This document shows positions 18,786-28,400 of a DNA stretch of 64,000 nt, piece after piece (position 1 is the stretch's first letter; each line of letters opens with the position of its first letter). This DNA comes from a virus (taxonomy: Duplodnaviria > Caudoviricetes), in the IMG/VR virus record IMGVR_UViG_3300032303_001222, positions 1,309 through 65,308 of that record; one strand, given 5' to 3'. The position numbers and the translations under genes are program-made. Below the pieces are notes generated by a model. The model saw only the letters and a list, made by a program, of their open reading frames with translations, had not been told where the DNA came from and ran no database searches.

Positions 18786-19031
18786 TTATTTTCTCCAAGA
18801 GTTGTTGTTGCGGCCTCGGTTCAACCCGCGACCCATCACCCGCAAATTGGACGGGCGATTGTTCATAGGGTTTCCATCCTTGTGGTCGATGTCCTTACCA
18901 TCGCCCTTGTGGACTTTTCCCGCGGCCATTGCTTTCCTCCGAGCAGAGTTTCTATTCGCCCTCTCCTGTTTCGCTTTTCGCGAACTGTGGTACCGGCGGT
19001 ACTCTGTGGCGTAGTCTCTTCCCAAAGGCAT
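18786..19031 (-). CDS. HNH endonuclease (packaging-associated type)
   Basis: KDIDHKDGNPMNN..SNLR...NR HNH motif. Start ATG 19031. Confidence 0.85.
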   Translation of the reverse strand: MPLGRDYATEYRRYHSSRKAKQERANRNSARRKAMAAGKVHKGDGKDIDHKDGNPMNNRPSNLRVMGRGLNRGRNNNSWRK

Positions 19032-19037
19032 GTGCCT

Positions 19038-19064
19038 ATTGTAACGGGGGGCGAAGTTTGTCCA
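19038..19064 (-). promoter_or_regulatory. Promoter TGGACA-N15-TACAAT, 6 nt before the HNH ATG
   Basis: Read directly from the sequence. Confidence 0.6.
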
Positions 19065-19190
19065 GACCCAGCAAGAAAAAATAAAAAAATTTTTAATATC
19101 GCTGCATCGTTTCCCCAACCTAATAGAGGGGGGGTATATACCTACCAGGGTATCCCTTTTGATTCTGGATTATAGATAGTCTCTTGGTTC

Positions 19191-19211
19191 AAAAAAGCCT
19201 TCGGCTTTTTT
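19191..19211. terminator. Bidirectional terminator-like hairpin
   Basis: AAAAAAGCC-TTC-GGCTTTTTT perfect inverted repeat. Confidence 0.55.
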
Positions 19212-19316
19212 GCGGTGGGGGTCGAGCCGATTTTTTGGCGGGGTTTTCGTTGGGGTTTTGCCGTCGGCAGAGCAGTTCTGCTGATGAGCAAATAACAATA
19301 AACCAAGGAGGTATGT

Positions 19317-19634
19317 ATGAAGCAGTTAGCTAAATGGATTGCTGGTCTGACTAGCCCAGCTTGTAACCTAATCAATGAAAATGGTAAGCGAGTTCTTCTC
19401 GTTGCCTTCCCAGAGAGTTATATCCTCTCCAACTATAAGTCTGGTGAGAAGTCCGATGGATTCGGATTCTGGTCAGATTATCAGTTGTCGACCAAAGGTC
19501 GTCCCTTCCCTACCGAAGGCATCGATGGCAAAGTGGTCTATGTGAAAGGCACTTTCGCCTTTGTTCCCCAGAGGGAGCAGAAAGCCAAGGTTGCTACTGC
19601 CAAGGCTTCAGCAACTGAAGTATTCGGTAGCTAA
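19317..19634 (+). CDS. Hypothetical protein, first gene of the rightward early region
   Basis: Strong RBS AAGGAGG; followed by its own terminator. Confidence 0.7.
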   Translation: MKQLAKWIAGLTSPACNLINENGKRVLLVAFPESYILSNYKSGEKSDGFGFWSDYQLSTKGRPFPTEGIDGKVVYVKGTFAFVPQREQKAKVATAKASATEVFGS

Positions 19635-19643
19635 TTGATTGTC

Positions 19644-19682
19644 GAAGCCCAGAGGGTTCAATCCCCTCTGGGTTTCTTTTTT
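19644..19682 (+). terminator. Rho-independent terminator
   Basis: 13-bp stem GAAGCCCAGAGGG/CCCTCTGGGTTTC followed by a T tract. Confidence 0.8.
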
Positions 19683-19711
19683 GTCTTTTAACCTTAATCC
19701 TGGAGGTATCT

Positions 19712-20068
19712 ATGTTAAACCTACGTGCCATTCTTGTTACTGCTGGTTTCCCCGATGTCCAGATGAACAACATCCTTACTGCGGGCATTGAAGTTAGTCC
19801 TACCGCTAGAGCTTGTTACGAGGCCGAATTGTATAAAAGTGGTAAAGCTTTCTACAAGCGCCACCTCCGCAACGTCGGAGCAACCAAGGTCTCATATCCT
19901 AGCCGATTCAAGCTACAAGCCGCCAGACAGCGGGAGGACTATCTTCAACGCCAGAAGCAAGCCGAGCGAGACATCATCAGAGAGTCCTACAATAGCCGGA
20001 GGGAAGAACCTACGACCCGCAAACCTACGGCAATCACTACGACTTGGGATAAGATCCTAAAGGGATGA
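19712..20068 (+). CDS. Hypothetical protein
   Basis: RBS GGAGG; 118-aa ORF. Confidence 0.65.
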   Translation: MLNLRAILVTAGFPDVQMNNILTAGIEVSPTARACYEAELYKSGKAFYKRHLRNVGATKVSYPSRFKLQAARQREDYLQRQKQAERDIIRESYNSRREEPTTRKPTAITTTWDKILKG

Positions 20069-20102
20069 ACGAGTCACCAACTCAATTGGTATCTCTGTAG
20101 GA

Positions 20103-20564
20103 CTAGATGTCTTGACAATTCTTGACAACTTCAGGTTCTACAACTTGTTGAAGCACAGCAATGTTGATTAAACTGCCTTTAGTACCAGATCCTTGGTCTG
20201 CTAAGCCAAGTGCTGGTCTGGCAATACGATCGATTTTGCCAAGTGCTTCGAAATGCTGGTCGACTTCTTTGGTCGTGGCGGGTTGTTGAGCTTCCAACAC
20301 GTCTAAGCCTCGGTCGACTTGCTTTACAACCCTTTCAAGATATCCAGACGCTTTATTTGTGAGCGTTTGCATAGTGTTTTGTGACTGACGTGCTTGAAGA
20401 GACTCCCGTAATGCATGTCTCTTTGTAGACCACCCACCTCTACGAATCTTAGCGGTCAGAGTGGATGTTTTGATGTTGTACAGAGCACAGATATCTACCG
20501 GGCGAGTACCTCTTAAGTAGTCAGCCTCGATCAATTTCCAGTCGATGCCCAAGTCCTTCGGCAT
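20103..20564 (-). CDS. terS: Terminase small subunit
   Basis: N-terminal HTH DWKLIEADYLRG...ICALYNIK.STL...IRRGGW followed by helical oligomerisation segments, typical of TerS. Promoter TTGACT-N17-TACAAG (20571-20599) lies 6 nt before the ATG. Confidence 0.7.
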   Translation of the reverse strand: MPKDLGIDWKLIEADYLRGTRPVDICALYNIKTSTLTAKIRRGGWSTKRHALRESLQARQSQNTMQTLTNKASGYLERVVKQVDRGLDVLEAQQPATTKEVDQHFEALGKIDRIARPALGLADQGSGTKGSLINIAVLQQVVEPEVVKNCQDI

Positions 20565-20604
20565 CTACTACTTGTAACAGAAGGACAATAAGGAGTCAAG
20601 ACAT

Positions 20605-21931
20605 ATGAAATTAGGACAATGGAGAGACAACGAAAACCTACGCAGAACACTGAACCGCCTACAACCCAAGACCGATTGGATTGTATTGCGAAACGGACGA
20701 GCCGTGTCTGGCCTCCGTCACAAGTACATCGGTGATTGCCGTCAGGAAGTGTTGCATTGGGCGAAGATCATCTCGAACTTCCCCGACGCTTCCAAGCTGG
20801 CACTGATGGCTGCTGACGGAACATACGTCCCCTTGAAAGGCTGATGTATGGCACACCTGAAATTGGTTCAACCATTGCCAGTCATCCCCGAGTACCAACT
20901 ACGGGATGCCTTCCTTCAGATTGATTCTCTCCGGGAGAGGAATCTATTCCTCGAACAAGAGAACGAGAAACTCAACAAGATCGTGAGTCGCATTACTCGT
21001 GAGACTCAACGCATCTTCGAACCATACGAGGAGGTTATATGTTTGAAGTGATCTATTGGAATAATGTTATCAAGGGATTCAGAGTTATCAAAAGGTTCAG
21101 CAACCTTAACAAAGCGTTCCACTTCCTAGTCGCAGAAGGCTGGGAGTGGGACGACAAAGCCAGAGTACGAAAGGTTTCAGTATGAGTGACGTCTGCCCTT
21201 GTTGTGACAAGCCGACCGAGAAAGCACGACGAGACCTAGGTCTTGTCTACTGCTTTGCTTGTGCAACCCGCCACCCGACACCCAAATACAAAGGTGCGAT
21301 GGTGTACGCCCACAAGACAGGAGCAACCATCGAGCTGATGGCACCTGAAACTTTCGTGGATTTGCGTAGGTACTCCAGACGTATTGGTCAGCGTTCCACC
21401 TTGCGGAACGTGCTGTTCGCTGGCGGCCGAGCAGTTTGAATAACTAAGAATGTATTCTTGACAGATCCTTGTTCAGTCAGGGATGCTGCGTGTCAAGACA
21501 ACCCATAAGGAGAAACAACTATGAGCAGAATCAATATTGGTACGAGTGAAGAGAAAGCCACATCGGGCGTCGAGTGCATTAGCATTCGAACTACCGCAGA
21601 GAAAGCAGACGTCGATCTCTTGAAGATGCTTGGGATGATTGCCGCCAAGGTAACTGGTGGCGAAGAAACCAAGACTTGCGAGAGGGTTAAAGCCTCTTTG
21701 TCTGCCCTTGGTCTGATTGCCAAGTGCAACGACGAGATGTTCTCCCAAATCGTGATGATGCTTTGCACTTCTTCAACAGCCTGCATCCCCGACCAAGAGT
21801 TTGCCAATAGCGGATTCGCTATGGATATGCCCAAGGAATTGCAAGAGATAAGAGACAAGATCAAAGAAACCATTCTTGAGGCTCGGAAAAGAAAGTCCGA
21901 GCAAGACATCAAGAACAACCAAGCTCAGTAA
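20605..21931 (+). CDS. Five small early genes (20605-20844, 20848-21051, 21039-21185, 21182-21439 CxxC zinc finger, 21521-21931)
   Basis: Contiguous ORFs, several with AAGGAG RBS. Confidence 0.6.
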
Positions 21932-21961
21932 AACCCACAACCCACAAAGGAGAAACCCACC

Positions 21962-22699
21962 ATGCCTACATTAAAAACCAAAACGAAATCAACAACAACA
22001 GCCGACTGCTGGAAAGACATCGAGGACGCACTGAACGCTGGCGTAGACCGCCTTGTTCTTTACGGACCTCCTGGAACTGGCAAGACCTACGCTGGTCTGA
22101 CGATGGCAACGCAAGAACGTCCAACGTTCCGTCTTATCTGCACCCCAGATATGACCAACGCTGACGTGACTGGTGCTTGGATGCCAAACGAGAAAGGTAC
22201 GTTCTCTTGGCACGAGGGTCAGGCTGTTAAGGCTTGGCGTTCAGGTGGTCGCTTGATTGTCGACGAGATCGACAAGGCTGGCGGTGACGTGTTCGCCACG
22301 TTGCTTGCTATGACCGACTCCCCAGAATCCTGCAAGTGGGAGAATCCCCAAACTGGTGAGACCGAGACTCCCAAGAAAGGCTTCAGCGTTGTGATGACGA
22401 CGAACCTTGAGGAGTTGAGCGACTTGCCCGAGGCGATTCGTTCCCGCTTCCCTATCCGTGTTCGAGTCAACAAGCCACACGTCACAGCATTGACCCGCTT
22501 GTCGCCTGACCTTCGGGCTTACGCCGAACGTGCCGCTGACTTGGGCGATCGTCGTATTGACCTTCGTTCCTTCTATGCGTTCGACAACCTCCGCAAGTCG
22601 GTAGGTGCAGAACGTGCGGCGAACTTGTTGTTTGCTGGCTCGGCTCGTGAGTTCCTCGACGCCATCAAGGTCGACACCCTCACCCCGAGCAACGACTAA
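21962..22699 (+). CDS. MoxR/CbbQ-type AAA+ ATPase
   Basis: Walker A GPPGTGKT, Walker B LIVDEID, sensor TTN, arginine finger AIRSRF. Confidence 0.88.
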   Translation: MPTLKTKTKSTTTADCWKDIEDALNAGVDRLVLYGPPGTGKTYAGLTMATQERPTFRLICTPDMTNADVTGAWMPNEKGTFSWHEGQAVKAWRSGGRLIVDEIDKAGGDVFATLLAMTDSPESCKWENPQTGETETPKKGFSVVMTTNLEELSDLPEAIRSRFPIRVRVNKPHVTALTRLSPDLRAYAERAADLGDRRIDLRSFYAFDNLRKSVGAERAANLLFAGSAREFLDAIKVDTLTPSND

Positions 22700-22734
22700 C
22701 CCGCAACCTTTAACCCTCACAGAAAGGAGAATCA

Positions 22735-24090
22735 ATGAGAGTATATCCAGAGTTTATCCGCCAGATGGGCGGTGAGCGTGGTGCTAACGAACGTTGGGAC
22801 ATCATTCGATGTGCTGGCATTCGTGGTGCACCCAAGACAAGCATCGCAACCAATACAATGCACGTCCCCTTGGACAACGACGAGACAGCTCGACACATAC
22901 GAGCACACGAGTTGATGCACGTTCGGTTGAGTCCACCCGATCTGAAGCCTTGGATCAAACGAAACAAAGCTTCCTTTGATTCTCTGATTGCGGCCGAGGA
23001 AGCACGTATCAATCGTGTCTTGTCGAAGCTCAACTTCGAACCCGAGACCCATCTGCTAGATATCAACGACGGCAACAACGCATACACCTGTGCGAAAGCT
23101 AAGGATATGAAACGCCTAGTTTATGGCACGTCTGCCGTTTATGGTACTGCCAGTTGGGACTCTTGGCTCAAGGGCATCGACAAGGCGTGTGATGAACTTG
23201 GTGACTCCAGTATGTTGGAGTCGATCGAGAATCTTGCTGACTCGATTGGTGAGATTCTCGATACGCATAGCTCCGAACTTGCTTCCGACAAACCCATACT
23301 GGGCAGTCGTAACAAGCTTCTCAATCGTGGCTTTGCCGTGACCGAGAGGATCGCAATGTTGTTGGACAAATGTGCTGCCTTGGCTGAAGAGACAGGCACT
23401 ATTCCGTCCTTCAAGAAACGTAATGATGAGCACTTGAGTGCAGATATGAACGCCAAGTTCGGTGACCTTTGTCAAGGCCCAGCACCCTTGACTCGGTTAC
23501 ACAACGGCAACCTAGGCAAGGTCAAGCTGGCCTCACCTACGGGGCGTAACCCTCGCCGTATCCATCGGATGCTGACTGACCCGTATCGTCGGATCTTTGA
23601 TCGGACGAAGCGTAACTCAGGCGGTGTCGTGTTGATCGACGGCTCGGGTTCAATGAGCGTGGATAGTGACGACATCCTACAGATACTTAACGCAGCACCT
23701 GGAGCTACTGTCGCCCTCTATGCCCACAAGGAAGGAAGCAAGAACGTTCCCAACTTCTGGGTACTAGCCAAGGACGGCAAGATGGTGGACAAGTTACCCA
23801 CACGTCACGGCTTTGGTAACGGAGTTGACGGACCAGCCTTACGCTGGGCAATCAAGTCCAAGCGTTTCCAGAACGAGCCAGTCCTATGGGTATGCGACGG
23901 ACAAGTCACCGACGGCAGAACAGACAGCACCTACTCACATCTAACAGCAGAGGCAAGGGTGTTGGCCATCAAGGCCAAGGCAATTATGCACCGACGGATC
24001 GGAGATGCGGTTTCGTATCTCAAGAAGGTTGCACAAGGACAAGCCCAGAGCGGTCCCCTTCTCATCGGTGAGATTGCTTGCGGTTACTAA
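22735..24090 (+). CDS. VWA-domain protein with N-terminal HExxH metallopeptidase-like region
   Basis: HELMH...EEAR zincin-like motif; MIDAS DGSGSM and CDG; adjacent to the MoxR ATPase. Confidence 0.8.
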   Translation: MRVYPEFIRQMGGERGANERWDIIRCAGIRGAPKTSIATNTMHVPLDNDETARHIRAHELMHVRLSPPDLKPWIKRNKASFDSLIAAEEARINRVLSKLNFEPETHLLDINDGNNAYTCAKAKDMKRLVYGTSAVYGTASWDSWLKGIDKACDELGDSSMLESIENLADSIGEILDTHSSELASDKPILGSRNKLLNRGFAVTERIAMLLDKCAALAEETGTIPSFKKRNDEHLSADMNAKFGDLCQGPAPLTRLHNGNLGKVKLASPTGRNPRRIHRMLTDPYRRIFDRTKRNSGGVVLIDGSGSMSVDSDDILQILNAAPGATVALYAHKEGSKNVPNFWVLAKDGKMVDKLPTRHGFGNGVDGPALRWAIKSKRFQNEPVLWVCDGQVTDGRTDSTYSHLTAEARVLAIKAKAIMHRRIGDAVSYLKKVAQGQAQSGPLLIGEIACGY

Positions 24091-24115
24091 CCAATAAAGA
24101 AAAGGAGAAACAACA

Positions 24116-24622
24116 ATGAGCAAAGATAAACCATATAAAATAGATATGAAAAGTATTATGGAACAGATGGCGGCCGATCGAAAGAAGCGAGCCACTAGTG
24201 CAGAGCTGAACAAAGCCGCACTAATCACAGCCGTTAAGTCATTCAGAATCACACGAATAGAAGCAGAGTTCTCTGGTGGCGGGGATTCAGGTCAGATAGA
24301 TGAGGTGCGTTACTTTGCGGGTAAGCAACGGATCAGTGACGTGGACTCAATAAAGAAAACCATAGTTGTAGAGGCAAGCATACGTGACTCAACAACTTAT
24401 TGTGACACCAAGAAGGAGTGGGTCACCACCACTAGATCCCCGAACATCGAGGAGTTAGTCGAACAGATTTGTTACGACTTACTTGAAGCTAACCACGGAG
24501 GTTGGGAGATTAACGAAGGTTCATACGGAGAATTCGTATTCAACTTCGGCAAAGGCAACAAGATTGACCTCACCTTCAACCAACGGGTCGAGTCAGTAGA
24601 GACAACCGAAGAGACCTACTAA
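24116..24622 (+). CDS. DUF6878-like protein
   Basis: FSGGGDSGQID and GWEINEGSYGEF motifs, recognised from memory. Confidence 0.65.
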   Translation: MSKDKPYKIDMKSIMEQMAADRKKRATSAELNKAALITAVKSFRITRIEAEFSGGGDSGQIDEVRYFAGKQRISDVDSIKKTIVVEASIRDSTTYCDTKKEWVTTTRSPNIEELVEQICYDLLEANHGGWEINEGSYGEFVFNFGKGNKIDLTFNQRVESVETTEETY

Positions 24623-25086
24623 TGGCTAACCCCTACCACCACGCAGTCAGCTCGGCAAAGAAATGGGGTGGCAAGGCAGAGGATTACCAAGCCATCCACG
24701 ATTGGTTCGACGAGAGCAAGATGATGATGGCCGACTTCCGGCATAGGGCACTACGGCATCACGCCGAGGGATGCTTTATGGCAGAGAGGATCTTCGGTCA
24801 TACGATCACCAATAGTGACGGACGCAAAGTGCCGACACGATGGGTGGCAGAGCAACACGTATCGGAAGACCTTGGGAGAATCCCAAGTATGCAAGATTGG
24901 TTTTGCCACATCCAACCACAAGTCTGGATGGGTAAGACGCAGAAACTTCCAGAAGAAAGTCGGGACTACCAGTCTATGTCAGTTGACCAACACGATTTAG
25001 TTAACGACAAACGCCATACGTTTGCCGAGGACATACAAGAAACCAACCCAATGCGAAGTGCATATGGGGTGAAAGGAGAATATTAA
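24622..25086 (+). CDS. DUF6915-like His-rich protein
   Basis: PYHHA.SS.KKWGG...IHDWFDESK...DFRHRALRHHAEG...EQHV.EDLG motif. Confidence 0.75.
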   Translation: MANPYHHAVSSAKKWGGKAEDYQAIHDWFDESKMMMADFRHRALRHHAEGCFMAERIFGHTITNSDGRKVPTRWVAEQHVSEDLGRIPSMQDWFCHIQPQVWMGKTQKLPEESRDYQSMSVDQHDLVNDKRHTFAEDIQETNPMRSAYGVKGEY

Positions 25087-25087
25087 T

Positions 25088-25486
25088 ATGGTTAAAGGAA
25101 TCTTAATTGACCCGAGAGCCAAGACAGTTACCGAGTACACCTCTACGACTGGCTTTGATCTTGAAGAAATCTACGCCCTGCTTGGGTGTAGCTGCATCAC
25201 TTCCTTTGGAATACGGGGTGACGACGTTGCCCTATGCGACGACGAAGGATTGCTGAAGGGCGACCACTATATGGAACTGGCTGGTTGCTATACCCTCAAG
25301 GGTGCAAGCCAATCCCATCTGGTTGGACGAACTCTAGTGGTAGGCACTGGGAACGAGGGACAAACCATCTCCCCTCAATCCTCTGTCCAGGAGATACAAG
25401 ATCTCGTGGTATGGGTGGACAACGTGCCGACCACCGAACAGATGGACGAGCTGATGGACATCAAGGTCACGGGGTGGGATGTATGA
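25088..25486 (+). CDS. DUF3846-like protein
   Basis: LEEIYALLGC...CDDEGLL...LVG..LV.G pattern. Confidence 0.55.
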   Translation: MVKGILIDPRAKTVTEYTSTTGFDLEEIYALLGCSCITSFGIRGDDVALCDDEGLLKGDHYMELAGCYTLKGASQSHLVGRTLVVGTGNEGQTISPQSSVQEIQDLVVWVDNVPTTEQMDELMDIKVTGWDV

Positions 25487-28400
25487 CCTTCGGCCAATGG
25501 CGAGCACAGATGTCGTCGCAAGTAGCGGCTGAGAGTGCTCGTGAATACTACGACCTTAAGTCCGAGAAGTTGAGGCTTGAGAACGAGAAGCTTAAGGAAG
25601 AAATCCTCAAGCTGAAGAAAGACCGATGAGCGACCTACAAACCTACCATCAATACACCATCAAAGATTGGGAAGTAGTCTTTGCTGTTGATGTCGACGGA
25701 CATCTTACCTTTGAGCTGTCCCACAAAGACGGAAGCAAAGTCATTAAGTGCGGAGCTGATTGTGCTTGCGATGAATACTCTTGGGCAGATCGCTTCACTA
25801 CTAAAAAGATAGAAGCCGATTACCTAGAGCGAGAGGCGATGGAGTCAAACGGAACTGACGGATTGTAAGCAACACATATGAAATCCAGATGGTTCGTCCA
25901 CTACAACAAGCCAGCGAGCAGACAGAAAGGTCATGCGGTTATGACCCTGCACTACAAGGATGTCTGCCATTTAGTTCGTAACATCAAGATCCAGACCCCC
26001 TGCGAAAGCCACGAGCGTCGGTCACAACCACGCTGCGTCATTCGTGGATGGGCAAGCAACGTAACAATCAACCAAGGAGTAGCGACAATACAATGAAGTC
26101 AAAGGTAACACCTTCAATGGTCGAGTCTTGGGTTGGTGATGGATTCACCAACAAAAGAAACAAAGTAACAACCCTAGAAGATTGCTTCAAGATCTTGGCC
26201 GATATCGCCAACGACAAATACAAACCAAGGCAGTTGAAAGAAGATATCGAGATGGGTGAATACGATTCAGAGGGCAAATGAAATTCAAATATGTGATCAA
26301 AGATACTGAGACAAACAAGCTTCGTCTCTGGTCAATTCGTCAGGTTCTTTTTGAAATCAATCGTGACCGATCCGATGACTGGATTCCTTACAACAAGAAA
26401 GACTGGAAAGAAGGCTGGAACTTTTGGATCAGAGATGACGTGTACAACACAATCGAAATGCTTGGAAAAGTTCGTGTCAGTTAATGATTAAAGGAGGACG
26501 AATGAAGAAAGAAACATCCGACATCGTAAGGTTCTACCATTGTAAGAAGTGTCTTGAATGTATGCCCGATGGAGAAAGCCCAGCAAGCTGGGCAAGGCTG
26601 AGCGTTGGGTTCAGCAAAGAGGGGATGCAAGTGTGGTGCGAAAGGCACAACATGAATGTCATCCACATTGATTTCCTCGGGCAGAAAGTTGGGATTGTTC
26701 CCAAGAAAGGAAAGAGATGAAACAGAAGATACCCACAAAGATAACACTACATCGCCACGTAACTACGGGTGGAGCTGTCTACCTTACCAACAACCATAAC
26801 TTTGCAAAGGCTAAGATTATCATTCGGTTGGATGGCGTAACCGAGCTATCCAAGTGCGAAGTAGGATGCGAATGACCACCAAGAAACTTTGGAAGATACA
26901 GGTCAAGGCTGTCCACGGATGGGCAGACCTGAAGGTGAACGTAGATGGCACAGATAAATACGTTGATGATTTCTGCGAGAGCGAAGCAGAAGCCCAAGGT
27001 GAATGCCAAGGGTTGAACAGAGAACTTGGTGGAGGTTACCGGGTTGTCCCATCTGATACCCCGAGTGACTTCGACCTCTATTAAAAGGAGATAAGTATAT
27101 GGCTAAGTATTTAGTCGAGTTGCGTAGGACTGTTGAATCCTACGCCGAAGTTGAGATTGAAGCAGAGTCGGAAACTCTGGCACAAGACAAAGCCTACCAT
27201 ATGTGGGAGCAAGATTCCGACAACAACCGATTCGAGTGGGATGAAATTGAAGAAAACTGCCGAGTGCATAGCTCGGAAAGAATGCATGAAGAAGAAGCCT
27301 AAGTATAAGGAGATACCTATGAAGAAAAAGAAAGTATCGAAACGCAAAGCAAGTAACGATTACGCCAGCAAATACGAGAGCAAGTACATCAGACTAACAG
27401 AGCAAGGACGGAAAGACGCAGCCGACGGCTTGCTTCAGTCTATCCGTGGTAAGTATGTGCTAGGCCAAGCGTGTGCCCTAGCCTACGCCAAACTTCGCAA
27501 CGAAGAACCCAGCAACGCCGACGACATCGCATTACTTGGCGAGAAGTACTTCGGTATGTTCTATGCTATGACGCTAGACAAGCTTGGGATCAGCGATGGG
27601 AGGAACGGCAATGCCAACGCCTAGACCAGATCCTTATCTCAAGGAGTATCTCAAACTCCGTGGCAAGATACTAGTCGATGTAGTCAAGGACGACGATGGC
27701 ATCAACGGCGAACCAGTCTACGGCTTGGTGTTCAAGTCTGGAATTAAGGATCGCAAGCCCTCGGTGGCTTGGGTGTACCAAGATGAAGAAGGTAATGGTG
27801 CTGGGTTTCTTAACATCACAGAAGTTGATTTGGGTACACGTTCAATATCTGTGGAAGGGGTTTAATCAAACCTCTTTTTATTTCCTTTTGTCTTGACATT
27901 TGTTTGTCATAACAGGACCATACATAACCACACGAAAGGAGTAACCTTAATGAGAATCGACATCGACTACGCAGAGGCTGACTTCCAATACCAAGGGGCT
28001 TCGTATCAAGCCATTGGTGGAGTCATCCACAACACGACATCAGAGGATGTTGGTATTGGTAGCTACGAATACTGGGGGCATTGCGAATACGACAGCAAGG
28101 TTGTCGAGGTAAGTGAGTACGGAGAAGCCGAGTTCACTACCCCCGACATCTACCCTGCTGGATCGGAAACCCCCCTCTCCGACCCACCACCCGCCCTGAT
28201 CGAAGCAGCGCAGGAGGCGTTGTTTGAGAAGACACAGGAGAAGGCCGAGGAGATTGCCACGGAGAATTCTTAATGTGTGTTCGCTCTTTCCTCGAGGACA
28301 ACGTACGCCCGTGCAAGGGCAGATACCAAAAGGTTAGAGAGGTTTACAAGATAGCTGGCAAACGGATTCCCAATCTCTTGTTGCACAAATGCGACAAGTG

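Noticed and set aside
19281-19330. CTGATGA hammerhead ribozyme core
   Set aside because: No stem II/GAAA or stems I/III in the right arrangement.
19644-19682. GGGTTCAATCCC resembling a tRNA T-arm
   Set aside because: No acceptor, D or anticodon arms. It is the loop of a long stem followed by a U tract, i.e. a terminator. No complete tRNA was found in the window.
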